Shown piece after piece: positions 10,401-20,571 of a DNA stretch of 64,000 bases. The stretch lies in UHGV virus genome UHGV-0351052; one strand, 5' to 3'. The stretch is from a virus. How positions within the stretch are numbered: position 1 is the first letter of the stretch; each line of letters begins with the position of its first letter. A program made the translations under genes and the position numbers. The notes beneath the pieces are model-generated. The model was not told where the DNA came from. It made no database searches and was given only the letters and a program-made list of their open reading frames with translations.

Positions 10401-11340
10401 GGAATCAGACACAACACGTTCTACCGTATTTGAAGTTAGTGATGAAACGTCTAGTCATTTTTATTCTCAGCGTAATAAAGCTGGAAATATAACATTTAAT
10501 ATCAACGGTACAGTAACACCGATAAATGTTAATGCTTCAGGAACATTGAATGCAAATGGTGTAGCAACATTTGGTAATTCAGTCACTGCAACTGGTGAAA
10601 TTATTTCTCGAAGCGCAAATGCTTTCCGTGCTATTAACGGAAATTATGGTTTCATTATTCGTAATGACGGGTCAGTAACGAATTTTATGCTTACTGCATC
10701 AGGCAATCAAACTGGTGGATTTAATGGATTACGTCCATTGTCCATTAATAATCAATCTGGGCAGGTCACAATTGGTGAAAGCTTGATCATTGCTAAAGGT
10801 GCTACTATAAATTCAGGTGGTTTAACTGTTAACTCGAGAATTCGTTCTCAAGGTGTTAAAACATCTGATTTATATACTCGTGCGCCGACATCTGATACTG
10901 TAGGATTCTGGTCAATCGATATTAATGATTCAGCCACTTATAACCAGTTCCCGGGTTATTTTAAAATGGTTGAAAAAACTAATGAAGTTACTGGACTTCC
11001 ATACTTAGAACGTGGCGAAGAAGTTAAATCTCCTGGTACATTGACTCAGTTTGGTAACACACTTGATTCACTTTACCAAGATTGGATTACTTATCCAACG
11101 ACTCCAGAAGCACGTACCACTCGCTGGACACGTACATGGCAAAAAACTAAAAACTCTTGGTCAAGTTTTGTTCAGGTATTTGATGGAGGTAACCCTCCTC
11201 AACCTTCGGATATAGGAGCAATCCCATCTGATAATGGAATAATAGGTAATCTTACTATTCGTGATTTCTTACGAATTGGTAATGTTCGCATTATTCCTGA
11301 CCCAGTGAATAAAACTGTTAAATTTGAATGGGTTGAATAA
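7471..11340 (+). CDS. 34: long tail fibre proximal subunit gp34 (1289 aa)
   Basis: Length equals T4 gp34; internal repeated motif xTxxxRGxxxIATxxExxxGTD..TPKxL. Confidence 0.9.
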   Translation: MAEIKRKFRAEDGLDAGGDKIINVALADRTVGTDGVNVDYLIQENTVQQYDPTRGYLKDFVIIYNNRFWAATDDIPKPAGNFNRIRWKALRTDAVYTTVSSGPYQLKSGEAISVDTSVGNDIEFNLPPSPLDGETVIIQDIGGKPGINQVKINSSNQSIVNFRGEQVRSVLMTHPKSQMIFIFNNRLWQMYVADYSREAAIVTPSTAYQAQSNDFIVRRFTSASAINIKLPRFANHGDIINFVDLDKLNPLYHTIVTTYDETTSVQEVGTHSIEGRTSIDGFLMFDDNEKLWRLFDGDSKARLRIITTNSNIRPNEEVMVFGANNGATQTIELQLPTDISVGDTVKISMNYMRKGQTVKIKAAGEDKIASSVQLLQFPKRSEYPPEAEWVTVQELVFNGETNYVPVLELAYIEDSDGKYWVVQQNVPTVERVDSLNDSTRARLGVIALATQAQANVDLENSPQKELAITPETLANRTATETRRGIARIATTAQVNQNTTFSFADDLIITPKKLNERTATETRRGVAEIATQQETNAGTDDTAIITPKKLQARQGSESLSGIVTFVSTAGATPASSRELNGTNVYNKNTNNLVVSPKALDQYKATPTQQGAVILAVESEVIAGQSQEGWANAVVTPETLHKKTSTDGRIGLIEIATQSEVNTGTDYTRAVTPKTLNDRIATESLSGIAEIATQVEFDAGVDDTRISTPLKIKTRFNSTDRTSVVALSGLVESGTLWDHYTLNILEANEAQRGTLRVATQVEAAAGTLDNVLITPKKLLGTKSTEAQEGVIKVATQSETVTGTSANTAVSPKNLKWIVQSEPTWAATTLIRGFVKTSSGSITFVGNDTVGSTQSLELYEKNGYAVSPYELNRVLANYLPLKAKAVDSNLLDGLDSLQFIRRDIAQTVNGSLTLTQQTNLSAPLVSSSTATFGGSVSANSTLTISNTGTATRLIFEKGPQTGTNPAQTMTVRVWGNQFSGESDTTRSTVFEVSDETSSHFYSQRNKAGNITFNINGTVTPINVNASGTLNANGVATFGNSVTATGEIISRSANAFRAINGNYGFIIRNDGSVTNFMLTASGNQTGGFNGLRPLSINNQSGQVTIGESLIIAKGATINSGGLTVNSRIRSQGVKTSDLYTRAPTSDTVGFWSIDINDSATYNQFPGYFKMVEKTNEVTGLPYLERGEEVKSPGTLTQFGNTLDSLYQDWITYPTTPEARTTRWTRTWQKTKNSWSSFVQVFDGGNPPQPSDIGAIPSDNGIIGNLTIRDFLRIGNVRIIPDPVNKTVKFEWVE

Positions 11341-11351
11341 GAGGAGATATT

Positions 11352-12467
11352 ATGGAAAAATTTATGGCAGAGTTTGGACAGGGATATGTCCAAACGCCAT
11401 TTTTATCGGAAAGCAATTCAGTAAGATATAAAATAAGCATAGCGGGCTCTTGCCCGCTTTCTACTGCAGGGCCATATGTTAAATTTCAGGATAATCCCGT
11501 TGGAAATCAAACATTTAGTGCAGGTCTTCATTTAAGAGTTTTTGACCCTTCTACGGGAGCATTAGTTGATAGTAAGTCATATGCTTTTTCTGCTTCAAAC
11601 AATACAACATCTGCCGCTTTTGTCAGTTTCATGAATTCTTTGTCAAACAATAAACTTGTTGCTATATTAACTAGCGGAAAGGTTAATTTTCCTCCTGAAG
11701 TGGTATCTTGGTTAAGGAGAGCAGGAACTTCAGTTTTTCCATCAGATTCAGTATTGTCAAGATTTGACGTATCATATGCTGCTTTTTATACTTCTTCTAA
11801 AAGAGCTATCGCATTAGAGCATGTTAAACTAAGTAATAGAAAAAGCACAGATGACTATCAAACTATGCTAGATGTTGTATTTGATAGTTTAGAAGACGTT
11901 GGAGCGACAGGATTTCCAAAAAGAACTTATGAAAGCGTTGAACAATTTATGTCTGCGGTTGGAGGAACTAATAATGAAATTGCGCGATTGCCAACTTCAG
12001 CTGCTATAAGTAAACTTTCTGACTACAATTTAATTCCTGGTGATGTTCTTTATCTTAAAGCACAGTTATATGCTGATGCTGATTTACTTGATCTTGGAAC
12101 TGCAAATATATCTATTCGTTTTTATGATGCATCAAATGGATATATTTCCTCGACCCAAGCTGAGTTTACTGGGCAAGCTGGGTCTTGGGAATTAAAAGAA
12201 GATTATGTAGTTGTTCCTGAAAATGCAGTAGGATTTACGATATATGCACAAAGAACTGCCCAAGCAGGTCAAGGCGGCATGAGAAATTTAAGCTTTTCTG
12301 AAGTATCAAGAAATGGCGGAATTTCGAAACCTGCTGAATTTGGTGTCAATGGTATTCGTGTTAATTATATCGGTGAATCCTCTTCACCTCCAGATATAAT
12401 GGTACTTCCTACACAGGCATCGTCTAAAACTGGTAAAGTGTTTGGACAGGAATTTAGAGAAGTTTAA
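11352..12467 (+). CDS. 35: long tail fibre hinge protein gp35 (371 aa)
   Basis: Position and size between 34 and 36. Confidence 0.8.
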   Translation: MEKFMAEFGQGYVQTPFLSESNSVRYKISIAGSCPLSTAGPYVKFQDNPVGNQTFSAGLHLRVFDPSTGALVDSKSYAFSASNNTTSAAFVSFMNSLSNNKLVAILTSGKVNFPPEVVSWLRRAGTSVFPSDSVLSRFDVSYAAFYTSSKRAIALEHVKLSNRKSTDDYQTMLDVVFDSLEDVGATGFPKRTYESVEQFMSAVGGTNNEIARLPTSAAISKLSDYNLIPGDVLYLKAQLYADADLLDLGTANISIRFYDASNGYISSTQAEFTGQAGSWELKEDYVVVPENAVGFTIYAQRTAQAGQGGMRNLSFSEVSRNGGISKPAEFGVNGIRVNYIGESSSPPDIMVLPTQASSKTGKVFGQEFREV

Positions 12468-12473
12468 ACTGAG

Positions 12474-12500
12474 GGAGCCTTCGGGTTCCTTTTTTCTTTA
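12474..12500 (+). terminator. hairpin plus T-run after gene 35
   Basis: GGGAGCC-TTCG-GGTTCC followed by TTTTTTCTTT. Confidence 0.4.
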
Positions 12501-12507
12501 TAAATAA
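12500..12507 (+). promoter_or_regulatory. late promoter TATAAATA for genes 36-37
   Basis: Exact TATAAATA 23 nt upstream of the gene 36 ATG. Confidence 0.5.
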
Positions 12508-12529
12508 TATTAAAATAAAGGGGCATACA

Positions 12530-13180
12530 ATGGCTGATTTAAAAGTAGGTTCAACTGTAGGTGGATCTGTCATTTGGCATCAAGGAAATTTTCCGTTGAA
12601 TTCAGCCGGTGACGATGTACTCTACAAATCATTTAAAATATATTCAGAATATAATAAACCACAGGCATCTGATAATGATTTCGTTTCTAAATCTACTGGT
12701 GGTACTTACACTGGTCCAATTACTATTAATTACGGGGTAAATAGTTATCTTCAATTAAGTAATAATGAAACCCCAATTCGAATTCGTTCCGGTGGCGGTA
12801 CCGGTAATACTCTTGTAATTGGCGGCTCTTCTGGCGGTATTAGTTTTAGACCTGCGGGTAGTGAAATCACTACTGGACAAATTACTATTACGCCAGAAGG
12901 TTTGACAACATTTACTAGGGCTGTAACGGCTCCATCTGTAACTGTTACATCTACTCCTTCCGCAGCATCAGATGCTACTCGTAAAGATTATGTTGATGGA
13001 GCAATAAATACTGTTACAGCAAATGCAAACTCTAGGGTATTACGCTCTGGAGACACTATGACAGGAAATTTAACTGCGCCAAACCTTTTTTCACAGAATC
13101 CTGCATCTCAACCTTCACACGTTCCACGATTTGACCAAATCGTAATTAAGGATTCTGTTCAAGATTTCGGCTATTATTAA
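12530..13180 (+). CDS. 36: long tail fibre distal connector gp36 (216 aa)
   Basis: Position and size; [24 protein letters not shown]-terminus. Confidence 0.8.
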   Translation: MADLKVGSTVGGSVIWHQGNFPLNSAGDDVLYKSFKIYSEYNKPQASDNDFVSKSTGGTYTGPITINYGVNSYLQLSNNETPIRIRSGGGTGNTLVIGGSSGGISFRPAGSEITTGQITITPEGLTTFTRAVTAPSVTVTSTPSAASDATRKDYVDGAINTVTANANSRVLRSGDTMTGNLTAPNLFSQNPASQPSHVPRFDQIVIKDSVQDFGYY

Positions 13181-13188
13181 GAGGACTT

Positions 13189-16100
13189 ATGGCTACTTTA
13201 AAACAAATACAATTTAAAAGAAGCAAAACTGCAGGTCAACTTCCTGCTGCTTCAGTATTAGCCGAAGGTGAATTGGCTATTAATTTAAAAGATAAAACAA
13301 TTTTCACAAAAGATGACTCAGGCAATGTTATAGAATTAGGTTTAAAATATGGAGGAACAATTGATGGTTCTTTAACTGTTAATGGAAATATAATTGGAAA
13401 TTTAACAGGTAACGCTGCAACTGCAACGAAATTAAAAACAGCACGAAAAATTAATGGTATATCCTTTGATGGGTCAAAGGATATCACGCTAACTCCATCT
13501 GACATAAATGTCAATAGCACAACATTTATAAAAAATAATGGCGAATTACCTGTTGATGCTAATTTAGATGAGTATGGGCCTGTTGAAGAATATCTTGGAG
13601 TTTGGTCGAAAGCAACTTCAACCAACGCTCAACCAGCAAATAAATTTCCAGAACAAAATGCTGTAGGTGTGCTAGAAGTATTTGTGGCCGGTCAATTTGC
13701 TGGTACTCAGAGATATACAACTAGATACGGAAATGTTTATATTCGTTCCTTGACTGCTACATGGAACGGAGTAAATGGTCCGTGGAGTGTGTGGCGAAAT
13801 ATTCAATCCGGTACTCGTTCACTGTCAACAACAATTGATCTTAATGATCTAGGAGGCGCTGAACACTTGGGTTTGTGGCGAAATAGTTCAAATTCCATTG
13901 CTACCTTTGACAGAAATTTCCCAGAAGAAGGATCGTCAGCTCAAGGACTTTTAGAAGTATATGAAGGTGGAAACTATTCTCGCACACAGAGATATACGAC
14001 CAGATTTGGTGTTGTTTATACTCGCTGTCTTACTGCTGCGTGGGATGCTTCTGCGCCTAAATGGGGACCGTGGCAACAAGTCGGTAATGTCACACCAGCG
14101 ACTTTTTATGATGGAGATCTGAATGATTTTAAAACTCCTGGGTTATATAATATTTTAGGCACTGATGCCGTTATTAACTGTCCTACAGGTGAAGGTTTGC
14201 CGACTGTTATTGTTGGTTTGCTGGAAGTTAAACAGCGTGCTTCTGGCGGTGCTATTTTCCAAAAATTTACTACTGCCGGAACGGGTTCAACTACTCGCGA
14301 TCGTATTTTTGAGCGCGCATATACCGGCGGTGTTTGGGGTACATGGAACGAAGTATACACATCCTATTCTCTACCAATTACTTTGGGTATGGGCGGTATT
14401 AAATCTAACTTAGCTGAGTTAGACTGGCAAACCTTTGATTTTGTCCCTGGTAGTATGTTTAGTGTTCCTTTGAACAAAATAAAGAATATGCCAGCAAATA
14501 TGGATTGGGGTACGATTGACGGAAACTTGGTTATGTTTTCTGTCGGTCCTAGCGAACACACTAGCACAGGGCGTACTGTTCAGGTTTGGCGTGGTACTGT
14601 ATCCCAGACAAACTACCGTTATTTTGTCGTTCGTGTGTTCGGTAATTCTGGAAATAGAACTTGTACAGTTCGACGCGTTGTTCTTGAAGATGGTCGCCAC
14701 AAATGGACAGCGCAACAAGATTTTAATGGTGCAGTTAACTTCGGTGCTCCTACCAATTTTAACTCTACTGTTAACCTTAATAACACTACCACATTTAAAA
14801 CAGAAGTTAAATTCCGCTCATTGAATGCATTTAAAATGTATGGTGGTAATTTTGGTACAATTTTCCGTAATGATGGTGAAAGTCTTTATATTCTTTCCAC
14901 CAACGAAAATGATCAAGATGGAAACTTTAACACCAATAGACCTTTCCGGTATCAGTTTAGAACTGGTGATGTTACTTTGGGTGGAACTAGTGGTGCTAAT
15001 ATTTTAAGATTAAAAAGTAGTTCTCTTGCTGCTACCTTTGGTGGTGATGTTAACTTAAGTAAAGGTACATTGACGTTTGAGGCGGGTGGTAAGCAATCAC
15101 GAGATTACTTCCGGTTTAACCATTGGGGTGATAGCAATAACGCTCGTGATAACATTATTCAGTTAGAAGACAGCAAAGGCGCTCATTTTTCCACTGAACG
15201 TACTTTAGCGACAGGTGCAATTAAAACTCGTTTCTTTGGCGAAACATTCACTGATGGTACATTATACCTAAATCAGATGAATAATAGCTCTGAACGATTC
15301 TCTATCAACAATTGGGGAAATTCAGAAGCTGGACGCGCGGCAGTATTGGAAGTCGGCGATTCCAAAGGTTATCACTTCTATACGGAACGCAGGACAGATA
15401 ACAGTTTGATGTTTGATGTTGCTGGCGCTTTTACTGTGCATGGACCTTCCGGGATTACTATCAAAAACTCAGCTGGCGCACGCCATATCTGGTTTAGAGA
15501 TGATAGCGATGCAGAAAAGGCTGTTATCTGGGCTACAGATGATGGTCTTTTACATATACGAAATAATAATGGGGGTTCATTTAGTCATCACTTCCAGGGT
15601 GCAATGATTAAAGTGGGAGAGCGTGTTCCTTATGCCGGAGATCGAGGGCTTATTCGCGGTGAAGTTTCTGGTGGTGCTTATGTGGATTGGAGAGGCCGCC
15701 CTGCTGGTTTGTTGCTTGACTGTCAACAAAGCGTTAATAGTGCTCATGCTATTTGGAAAGCGGTTGATTGGGGGCGTAACTACATCGCTGCTCTGGACGT
15801 TCATTGTCCCGGCGATAGTAATAATACTGCAGCAGCGGTTCTCCATGTTCAGTCTGCTGATTATCAATTCCATGCAAATGGGAGCTTTGATGCCAGTGGC
15901 AACGGAAACTTTAACGATGTTTATATTCGATCAGACCGTCGCCTTAAAGACAATATAGAAGATTATACCGGAAATGCGTTAAGTTTGATTGGTAAACTGA
16001 AAGTGAAAACTTACGATAAAGTTAAATCTCTTAAGGACCGTGAAATTATCGGTCATGAGATCGGCATTATCGCACAGGATTTACAAGAAATATTACCAGA

Positions 16101-16284
16101 AGCGATTAATATTTCGAAAATTGGCAATCTTGATAAACCAGACGAAGTTCTGACAATTTCTAACTCTGCTGTGAATGCTCTTTTAATTAAGGCCATTCAG
16201 GAAATGAGTGAAGAAATTAAAGAATTGAAAACGCCTTTCTTCACTAAAATTGCTCGCAAAATTGGTAAATATTTTAAATTCTAA
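13189..16284 (+). CDS. 37: long tail fibre distal subunit gp37 (1031 aa), T2-type with C-terminal self-cleaving chaperone domain
   Basis: N-terminus [13 protein letters not shown] conserved with T4 gp37; remainder diverges and lacks the T4 His-rich needle tip. Confidence 0.85.
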   Translation: MATLKQIQFKRSKTAGQLPAASVLAEGELAINLKDKTIFTKDDSGNVIELGLKYGGTIDGSLTVNGNIIGNLTGNAATATKLKTARKINGISFDGSKDITLTPSDINVNSTTFIKNNGELPVDANLDEYGPVEEYLGVWSKATSTNAQPANKFPEQNAVGVLEVFVAGQFAGTQRYTTRYGNVYIRSLTATWNGVNGPWSVWRNIQSGTRSLSTTIDLNDLGGAEHLGLWRNSSNSIATFDRNFPEEGSSAQGLLEVYEGGNYSRTQRYTTRFGVVYTRCLTAAWDASAPKWGPWQQVGNVTPATFYDGDLNDFKTPGLYNILGTDAVINCPTGEGLPTVIVGLLEVKQRASGGAIFQKFTTAGTGSTTRDRIFERAYTGGVWGTWNEVYTSYSLPITLGMGGIKSNLAELDWQTFDFVPGSMFSVPLNKIKNMPANMDWGTIDGNLVMFSVGPSEHTSTGRTVQVWRGTVSQTNYRYFVVRVFGNSGNRTCTVRRVVLEDGRHKWTAQQDFNGAVNFGAPTNFNSTVNLNNTTTFKTEVKFRSLNAFKMYGGNFGTIFRNDGESLYILSTNENDQDGNFNTNRPFRYQFRTGDVTLGGTSGANILRLKSSSLAATFGGDVNLSKGTLTFEAGGKQSRDYFRFNHWGDSNNARDNIIQLEDSKGAHFSTERTLATGAIKTRFFGETFTDGTLYLNQMNNSSERFSINNWGNSEAGRAAVLEVGDSKGYHFYTERRTDNSLMFDVAGAFTVHGPSGITIKNSAGARHIWFRDDSDAEKAVIWATDDGLLHIRNNNGGSFSHHFQGAMIKVGERVPYAGDRGLIRGEVSGGAYVDWRGRPAGLLLDCQQSVNSAHAIWKAVDWGRNYIAALDVHCPGDSNNTAAAVLHVQSADYQFHANGSFDASGNGNFNDVYIRSDRRLKDNIEDYTGNALSLIGKLKVKTYDKVKSLKDREIIGHEIGIIAQDLQEILPEAINISKIGNLDKPDEVLTISNSAVNALLIKAIQEMSEEIKELKTPFFTKIARKIGKYFKF
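15931..16281 (+). other. intramolecular chaperone / autoproteolytic domain at gp37 C-terminus (about 117 aa)
   Basis: Begins [12 protein letters not shown]..., the S-D-x-R-x-K-x-N-I signature of peptidase S74-type domains; T2 gp37 is known to lose about 120 C-terminal residues. Confidence 0.55.
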
Positions 16285-16290
16285 CAACAA

Positions 16291-16309
16291 GGGGGAAATT
16301 TCCCCCTTT
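16291..16309 (+). terminator. hairpin GGGGGAAATTTCCCCC plus TTT after gene 37
   Basis: Perfect 6-bp GC-rich stem then a short T-run; probably a weak or attenuating terminator. Confidence 0.35.
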
Positions 16310-16321
16310 GGAGTATAAATT

Positions 16322-17104
16322 ATGGCAGTAGTTGGAGTTCCTGGCTGGATTGGAAGTTCAGCCGTAAATGAAACGGGACAGCGCTGGATGAGTCAAGCGG
16401 CTGGTCAACTAAGATTGGGTGTTCCTTGCTGGATGAGTCAATTTTCAGGTCGCTCGCGAGAAATTATTCATACACTTGGCGCAGACCATAACTTCAATGG
16501 TCAATGGTTCCGTGATAGATGCTTTGAGGCGGGTAGTACACCTATAGTGTTTAATATTACAGGTGATTTAGTATCATATTCTAAAGATGTTCCTTTATTC
16601 TTCATGTACGGGGATACACCTAATGAATATGTTCAGTTAAATATACACGGCGTAACGATGTATGGTCGTGGTGGTAATGGCGGTAGCAATGGTCCTGGCT
16701 CATCTGGTGGTCATTGTATTCAAAATGATATTGGTGGAAGACTAAGAATTAATAATGGAGGTGCTATCGCAGGCGGTGGCGGTGGTGGCGGTGGTGGGTA
16801 TTATTCTCCCACGAAACCAATGAAATTAACCTTTGGTGGTGGTGGCGGTCGTCCGTTTGGTGCTGCTGGTGGATCTGCCAACATGCAATCAGGCGCAACT
16901 GCTGGTACTCTTTATGCGCCTGGCGCAGGGTCTGTAAACGGTGTCTATAGCGGCGGTGGCGGTGGTGAGGTAGGCGCCGCAGGAGGTAGATGCAATATTC
17001 GCGGTCAAGGATCTGAATATAATGGCGGCGCTGCTGGTTATGCTGTCATAGGGTCCGCTCCAACATGGCAAAATGTTGGAGCAATATATGGTCCAAGAGT
17101 ATAA
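16322..17104 (+). CDS. 38: receptor-recognising adhesin gp38, T2/T6 type (260 aa, glycine-rich motifs)
   Basis: Poly-Gly motifs ([54 protein letters not shown]) separated by variable segments; T4 gp38 is a 183-aa non-Gly-rich chaperone. Confidence 0.75.
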   Translation: MAVVGVPGWIGSSAVNETGQRWMSQAAGQLRLGVPCWMSQFSGRSREIIHTLGADHNFNGQWFRDRCFEAGSTPIVFNITGDLVSYSKDVPLFFMYGDTPNEYVQLNIHGVTMYGRGGNGGSNGPGSSGGHCIQNDIGGRLRINNGGAIAGGGGGGGGGYYSPTKPMKLTFGGGGGRPFGAAGGSANMQSGATAGTLYAPGAGSVNGVYSGGGGGEVGAAGGRCNIRGQGSEYNGGAAGYAVIGSAPTWQNVGAIYGPRV

Positions 17105-17108
17105 TTTG

Positions 17109-17116
17109 AATAAATA
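17109..17116 (+). promoter_or_regulatory. late-promoter-like AATAAATA upstream of t
   Basis: 7/8 match to TATAAATA, 18 nt upstream of the t ATG, followed by AAAGGAGG ribosome site. Confidence 0.35.
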
Positions 17117-17134
17117 TCCTTAAAAGGAGGGTCT

Positions 17135-17791
17135 ATGGCAGCACCTAGAATATCATTTTCGCCCTCTGATATTCTGTTGGGTGTTCTAGATCGCTTGTTC
17201 AAAGATAATGCTACCGGGAAAGTTCTTGCTTCCCGGGTAGCTGTCGTAATTCTTTTGTTTATAATGGCGATTGTTTGGTATAGGGGAGATAGTTTCTTTG
17301 AGTACTATAAGCAATCAAAGTATGAAACATACCGTGAAATTGTTGAAAAGGAAAGAAATGCACGCTTTGAATCTGTCGCCCTGGAACAACTCCAGATAGT
17401 TCATATATCATCTGAGGCAGACTTTAGTGCGGTGTATTCTTTCCGCCCTAAAAACTTAAACTATTTTGTTGATATTATAGCATATGAAGGAAGATTACCT
17501 TCAACAATAACTGAAAAATCACTTGGAGGATATCCTGTTGATAAAACTATGGATGAATATACAGTTCATTTAAATGGACGCCATTATTATTCCAACTCAA
17601 AATTTGCTTTTTTACCAACTAAAAAGCCTACTCCCGAAATAAACTACATGTACAGTTGTCCATATTTTAATTTGGATAATATCTATGCTGGAACAATAAC
17701 TATGTACTGGTATAGAAATGATCATATAAGTAATGACCGCCTTGAATCAATATGTGCTCAGGCGGCCAGAATATTAGGAAGGGCTAAATAA
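17135..17791 (+). CDS. t: holin (218 aa)
   Basis: Matches remembered T4 holin: single N-terminal transmembrane segment and large periplasmic domain. Confidence 0.9.
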   Translation: MAAPRISFSPSDILLGVLDRLFKDNATGKVLASRVAVVILLFIMAIVWYRGDSFFEYYKQSKYETYREIVEKERNARFESVALEQLQIVHISSEADFSAVYSFRPKNLNYFVDIIAYEGRLPSTITEKSLGGYPVDKTMDEYTVHLNGRHYYSNSKFAFLPTKKPTPEINYMYSCPYFNLDNIYAGTITMYWYRNDHISNDRLESICAQAARILGRAK

Positions 17792-18064
17792 TTATTTGTT
17801 CGTATACATCTCTAGATACCGATATACACCCTCAAAACCCTCGTTGAATTCGTCGATGAGGGTTTTCTTATCTTCTTGAGTTAATTCAGAAACAATTTTA
17901 CGGAATGAATTCTGATTTAACTTTCTACCTTCATGCGTTACTCCAATCTCATTCAGAAATGCAATAAAATTAGCACGATTCTCAACAATATCTTCTCTGG
18001 AAAATTTAATCAAAATAGACGCAACAGTAATAATTTCACGAACTGTATCAATATTTTTATTCAT
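17792..18064 (-). CDS. asiA: anti-sigma70 factor AsiA (90 aa)
   Basis: MNKNIDTVREIITVASILIKFSREDIVENRANFIAFLNEIGV... matches T4 AsiA. Confidence 0.9.
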   Translation of the reverse strand: MNKNIDTVREIITVASILIKFSREDIVENRANFIAFLNEIGVTHEGRKLNQNSFRKIVSELTQEDKKTLIDEFNEGFEGVYRYLEMYTNK

Positions 18065-18076
18065 TAACTATACCAC

Positions 18077-18229
18077 TCAATTAGTTGACTTTGTTATAAT
18101 ATCATCAGACGCTTGATTTGTAAACTGGTCTGTGTTATTTTCTTCAAAAATTTTTTCTACGAATTCCTTGAACGATTCACGTTCCTGAGCTACATTATGC
18201 TCGATTACTTTTTCAAGATTATGACTCAT
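18077..18229 (-). CDS. small hypothetical protein (50 aa), below ORF-track cutoff
   Basis: Manual read: ATG at 18229 overlaps arn stop (ATGA); encodes MSHNLEKVIEHNVAQERESFKEFVEKIFEENNTDQFTNQASDDIITKSTN. Confidence 0.3.
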   Translation of the reverse strand: MSHNLEKVIEHNVAQERESFKEFVEKIFEENNTDQFTNQASDDIITKSTN

Positions 18230-18504
18230 TCGAAATAATCTTCAATTTCATAATCATGGACATAAATCATTATAGTTTTTAATACATCATCAATACTTTT
18301 TCCTGGAGCTGGAATTACGTAGAAATGTCCCGCCTTTGAGCTATCTTTATAAGTTCCAATCAAGAAATCATTATTCTCGCGATGCAGTTCTTCAACTAAT
18401 TCATTAACAATTGAGTGGTATAAATTTGGTAGAAACTTATATAGCTTTTCTAGAATATCAATTTTGATTGTGTATTGAACCACAGATTGAGAATTAATAA
18501 TCAT
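18226..18504 (-). CDS. arn: anti-restriction nuclease Arn (92 aa)
   Basis: Size and position next to asiA as in T4; acidic small protein. Confidence 0.75.
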   Translation of the reverse strand: MIINSQSVVQYTIKIDILEKLYKFLPNLYHSIVNELVEELHRENNDFLIGTYKDSSKAGHFYVIPAPGKSIDDVLKTIMIYVHDYEIEDYFE

Positions 18505-18587
18505 AGACCTTCCCCTTATGTTTCTGTTTGCGATTAGATTCTTTAAACGCTTTCTTTTTATCTTTATGGACAGAAGCTTTATTAAAA

Positions 18588-18806
18588 TTATGTTTTGCGA
18601 CTAAATTGTTCATAGTGCTGAATTACCTCTCTTAAACATTTGCATGTGAATGAAAACTTTTTAGCTACACCACATTCAAATATATGTTCTCTTAAATCGC
18701 GTGTGTCAGTATATCCCATCTCAACAATAAAATGTCGTATTAGATTTTTATCTTTATCATTGAGAGAATTAAAATAATCGGATTTTGAATTAATTTCCCT
18801 GGCCAA
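18588..18806 (-). CDS. hypothetical protein (72 aa; arn.1 position)
   Basis: ORF track; Cys-containing small protein. Confidence 0.45.
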   Translation of the reverse strand: MAREINSKSDYFNSLNDKDKNLIRHFIVEMGYTDTRDLREHIFECGVAKKFSFTCKCLREVIQHYEQFSRKT

Positions 18807-19086
18807 ATTGAATAACCTTTAGTTGACGTTTTAGTTCTTTTATCATTTCTTCGTTCATCGCAATATAAAGATCGCGTAAAGCAGGTTTTAGCATTCCATT
18901 TACTGGAGAACTAAATGGGCACACATAATCTTTTCCTACGAGCTTTTTAGTGAATTCCATATTACAGAACTGAAATGCCGGTTCATTGACATAAATTCCC
19001 CATTTTGTTGACATCATTTTATTGGCATATTCCAGTGCCTTAATTTGATTCGTAATTCCGTCAATTTGAAACTTTTTAATATTCAT
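18790..19086 (-). CDS. hypothetical protein (98 aa)
   Basis: ORF track. Confidence 0.45.
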   Translation of the reverse strand: MNIKKFQIDGITNQIKALEYANKMMSTKWGIYVNEPAFQFCNMEFTKKLVGKDYVCPFSSPVNGMLKPALRDLYIAMNEEMIKELKRQLKVIQFGQGN

Positions 19087-19547
19087 TAGTAAAGGTCCTC
19101 AGAGTAAAGTTCTTTTTCACTACCACCGCGTTCAATACGTACTTGTCCAGCATAAGTTGCAATAATCATTGCTTCTTCGCGTGTCCAATAATTACTATAT
19201 TGGTCAATAAACCCTTGGTCATCATCACAAACTTGCTGAGTAACTAATTGAGGTTTAACTACATCTAAAACTTCTGCCATATCTTTAGAATAATGACGAG
19301 CACCTGGAATAATAAGAGTTCGTCCATCTTTTAATTTAAAACGGTTGGCTGCGCAGACAATTCGTCGTTGATACTTTTGGTTTTCATCCCAATACGCAGT
19401 CTGCCAACAGATTTCAGGAACTTCTTTCAGAATATCTTCTTCTGTGCATTTATAACCATGTGCTTTAAATTTTTCAACAAGACTTTCTGGAGTTTCACGA
19501 GATAAAGGAACATTCAGCATTTTTAAACGATTAATAAATGGGTTCAT
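19086..19547 (-). CDS. hypothetical protein (153 aa)
   Basis: ORF track; ATGA overlap with neighbour. Confidence 0.5.
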   Translation of the reverse strand: MNPFINRLKMLNVPLSRETPESLVEKFKAHGYKCTEEDILKEVPEICWQTAYWDENQKYQRRIVCAANRFKLKDGRTLIIPGARHYSKDMAEVLDVVKPQLVTQQVCDDDQGFIDQYSNYWTREEAMIIATYAGQVRIERGGSEKELYSEDLY

Positions 19548-19888
19548 TTAAACCATCCTTTAATACGCTGCCACAAAGTTTTCTGTTGAGCTTTGTTAAC
19601 ACCAATTGAGCGAATAACTGGTTGAGATTCCTGGAATTCTTTATAATCAGCAAGGTAAATTTCGTAAGCCGATTGAACAAAGGTACTAATCGCTGCCATG
19701 AAGTTTTTACGTACACCGCCAGGAGCTACTCCGTTAGGTAATTCAGAATTTTCACGAATAATTAAATATAGCCCAGTTCTAACTTTAACAATAGTTCCAA
19801 GATAAGCTCCGTGGTACCAGATGTCCCACCCCTCTTGAGTGGGTTCTGCACAACGACGAAGTTCATTGATAATTTCTAACTTGTTCAT
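19544..19888 (-). CDS. hypothetical protein (114 aa; motA.1 position)
   Basis: ORF track. Confidence 0.5.
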   Translation of the reverse strand: MNKLEIINELRRCAEPTQEGWDIWYHGAYLGTIVKVRTGLYLIIRENSELPNGVAPGGVRKNFMAAISTFVQSAYEIYLADYKEFQESQPVIRSIGVNKAQQKTLWQRIKGWFK

Positions 19889-19898
19889 TATTTATTCC

Positions 19899-20534
19899 TC
19901 ACAGTTCAGACGCTACGGTGATTACTGCTTCAATGTTTTCTGCCGAGCGTTTAATGTCAAGATACACATTACCGTTTTTAGCGATTTTACATGACATTCC
20001 GATGTCAGTAAATTTCTGAATATGATGTTCCATCATTTTGTATCCAAAAATTCGCATATTTCCATTGTTGTTAATTTCAAAATTGCGAATTCCGTGAGTG
20101 CGTTTTTCTAAAATAGCAAGATAGTTACTACGATAAGTTTCAACCTTTTTAAGAACAAATCCATTTTCATCTAAAAGTTTTAACATGAAGTCTTTATCTT
20201 CTTCCATATCGGAAGTAATCTCGCGAGCTTTACGAGTTGCTCGTTTTTTCAGCAGTTCCGGAGCATTTTCCTGTGCGTATAAAGTTGCTGCATTTGAAAT
20301 AATATCCTGAGCTTCACCAGTAATGATTAATCCATCACCAGATTTCTCCACCAGGCCTTTTTTAATCAATACCCCAATATTACTATTAACTACTGCATTA
20401 CCTAAATCTGGATGCACCTCACGAACTTCTGCAGCTGTAATGAAATCTTTCTTAGCAATAGTAATTAAAATCGCAGCAGTTTTTTCGTTCAGAACATCGT
20501 TAGAAGCTTTGATGATGTAAGTTACTTTAGACAT
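19899..20534 (-). CDS. motA: middle transcription activator MotA (211 aa)
   Basis: MSKVTYIIKASNDVLNEKTAAILITIAKKDFITAAEVREVHPDLGNAVVNSNIGVLIKKGLV... matches T4 MotA. Confidence 0.9.
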   Translation of the reverse strand: MSKVTYIIKASNDVLNEKTAAILITIAKKDFITAAEVREVHPDLGNAVVNSNIGVLIKKGLVEKSGDGLIITGEAQDIISNAATLYAQENAPELLKKRATRKAREITSDMEEDKDFMLKLLDENGFVLKKVETYRSNYLAILEKRTHGIRNFEINNNGNMRIFGYKMMEHHIQKFTDIGMSCKIAKNGNVYLDIKRSAENIEAVITVASEL

Positions 20535-20571
20535 TTTCTAATCTCCGTAATTCTGTATCAGTAGTTGATAG

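Noticed and set aside
13236-15958. Several 60-130 aa ORFs on both strands inside gene 37, and 8887-9129 inside gene 34
   Set aside because: Embedded in long, well-supported fibre genes in alternative frames; no start context.
16313-16320. TATAAATT just upstream of gene 38 as a late promoter
   Set aside because: Ends only 1 nt before the ATG, leaving no room for a leader; gene 38 is more likely read from the gene 36 late promoter.
16740-16990. G-rich repetitive DNA (GGTGG repeats) that could be mistaken for a repeat array or G-quadruplex region
   Set aside because: It is the coding sequence of the gp38 glycine-rich motifs, in frame and irregular; not CRISPR-like.
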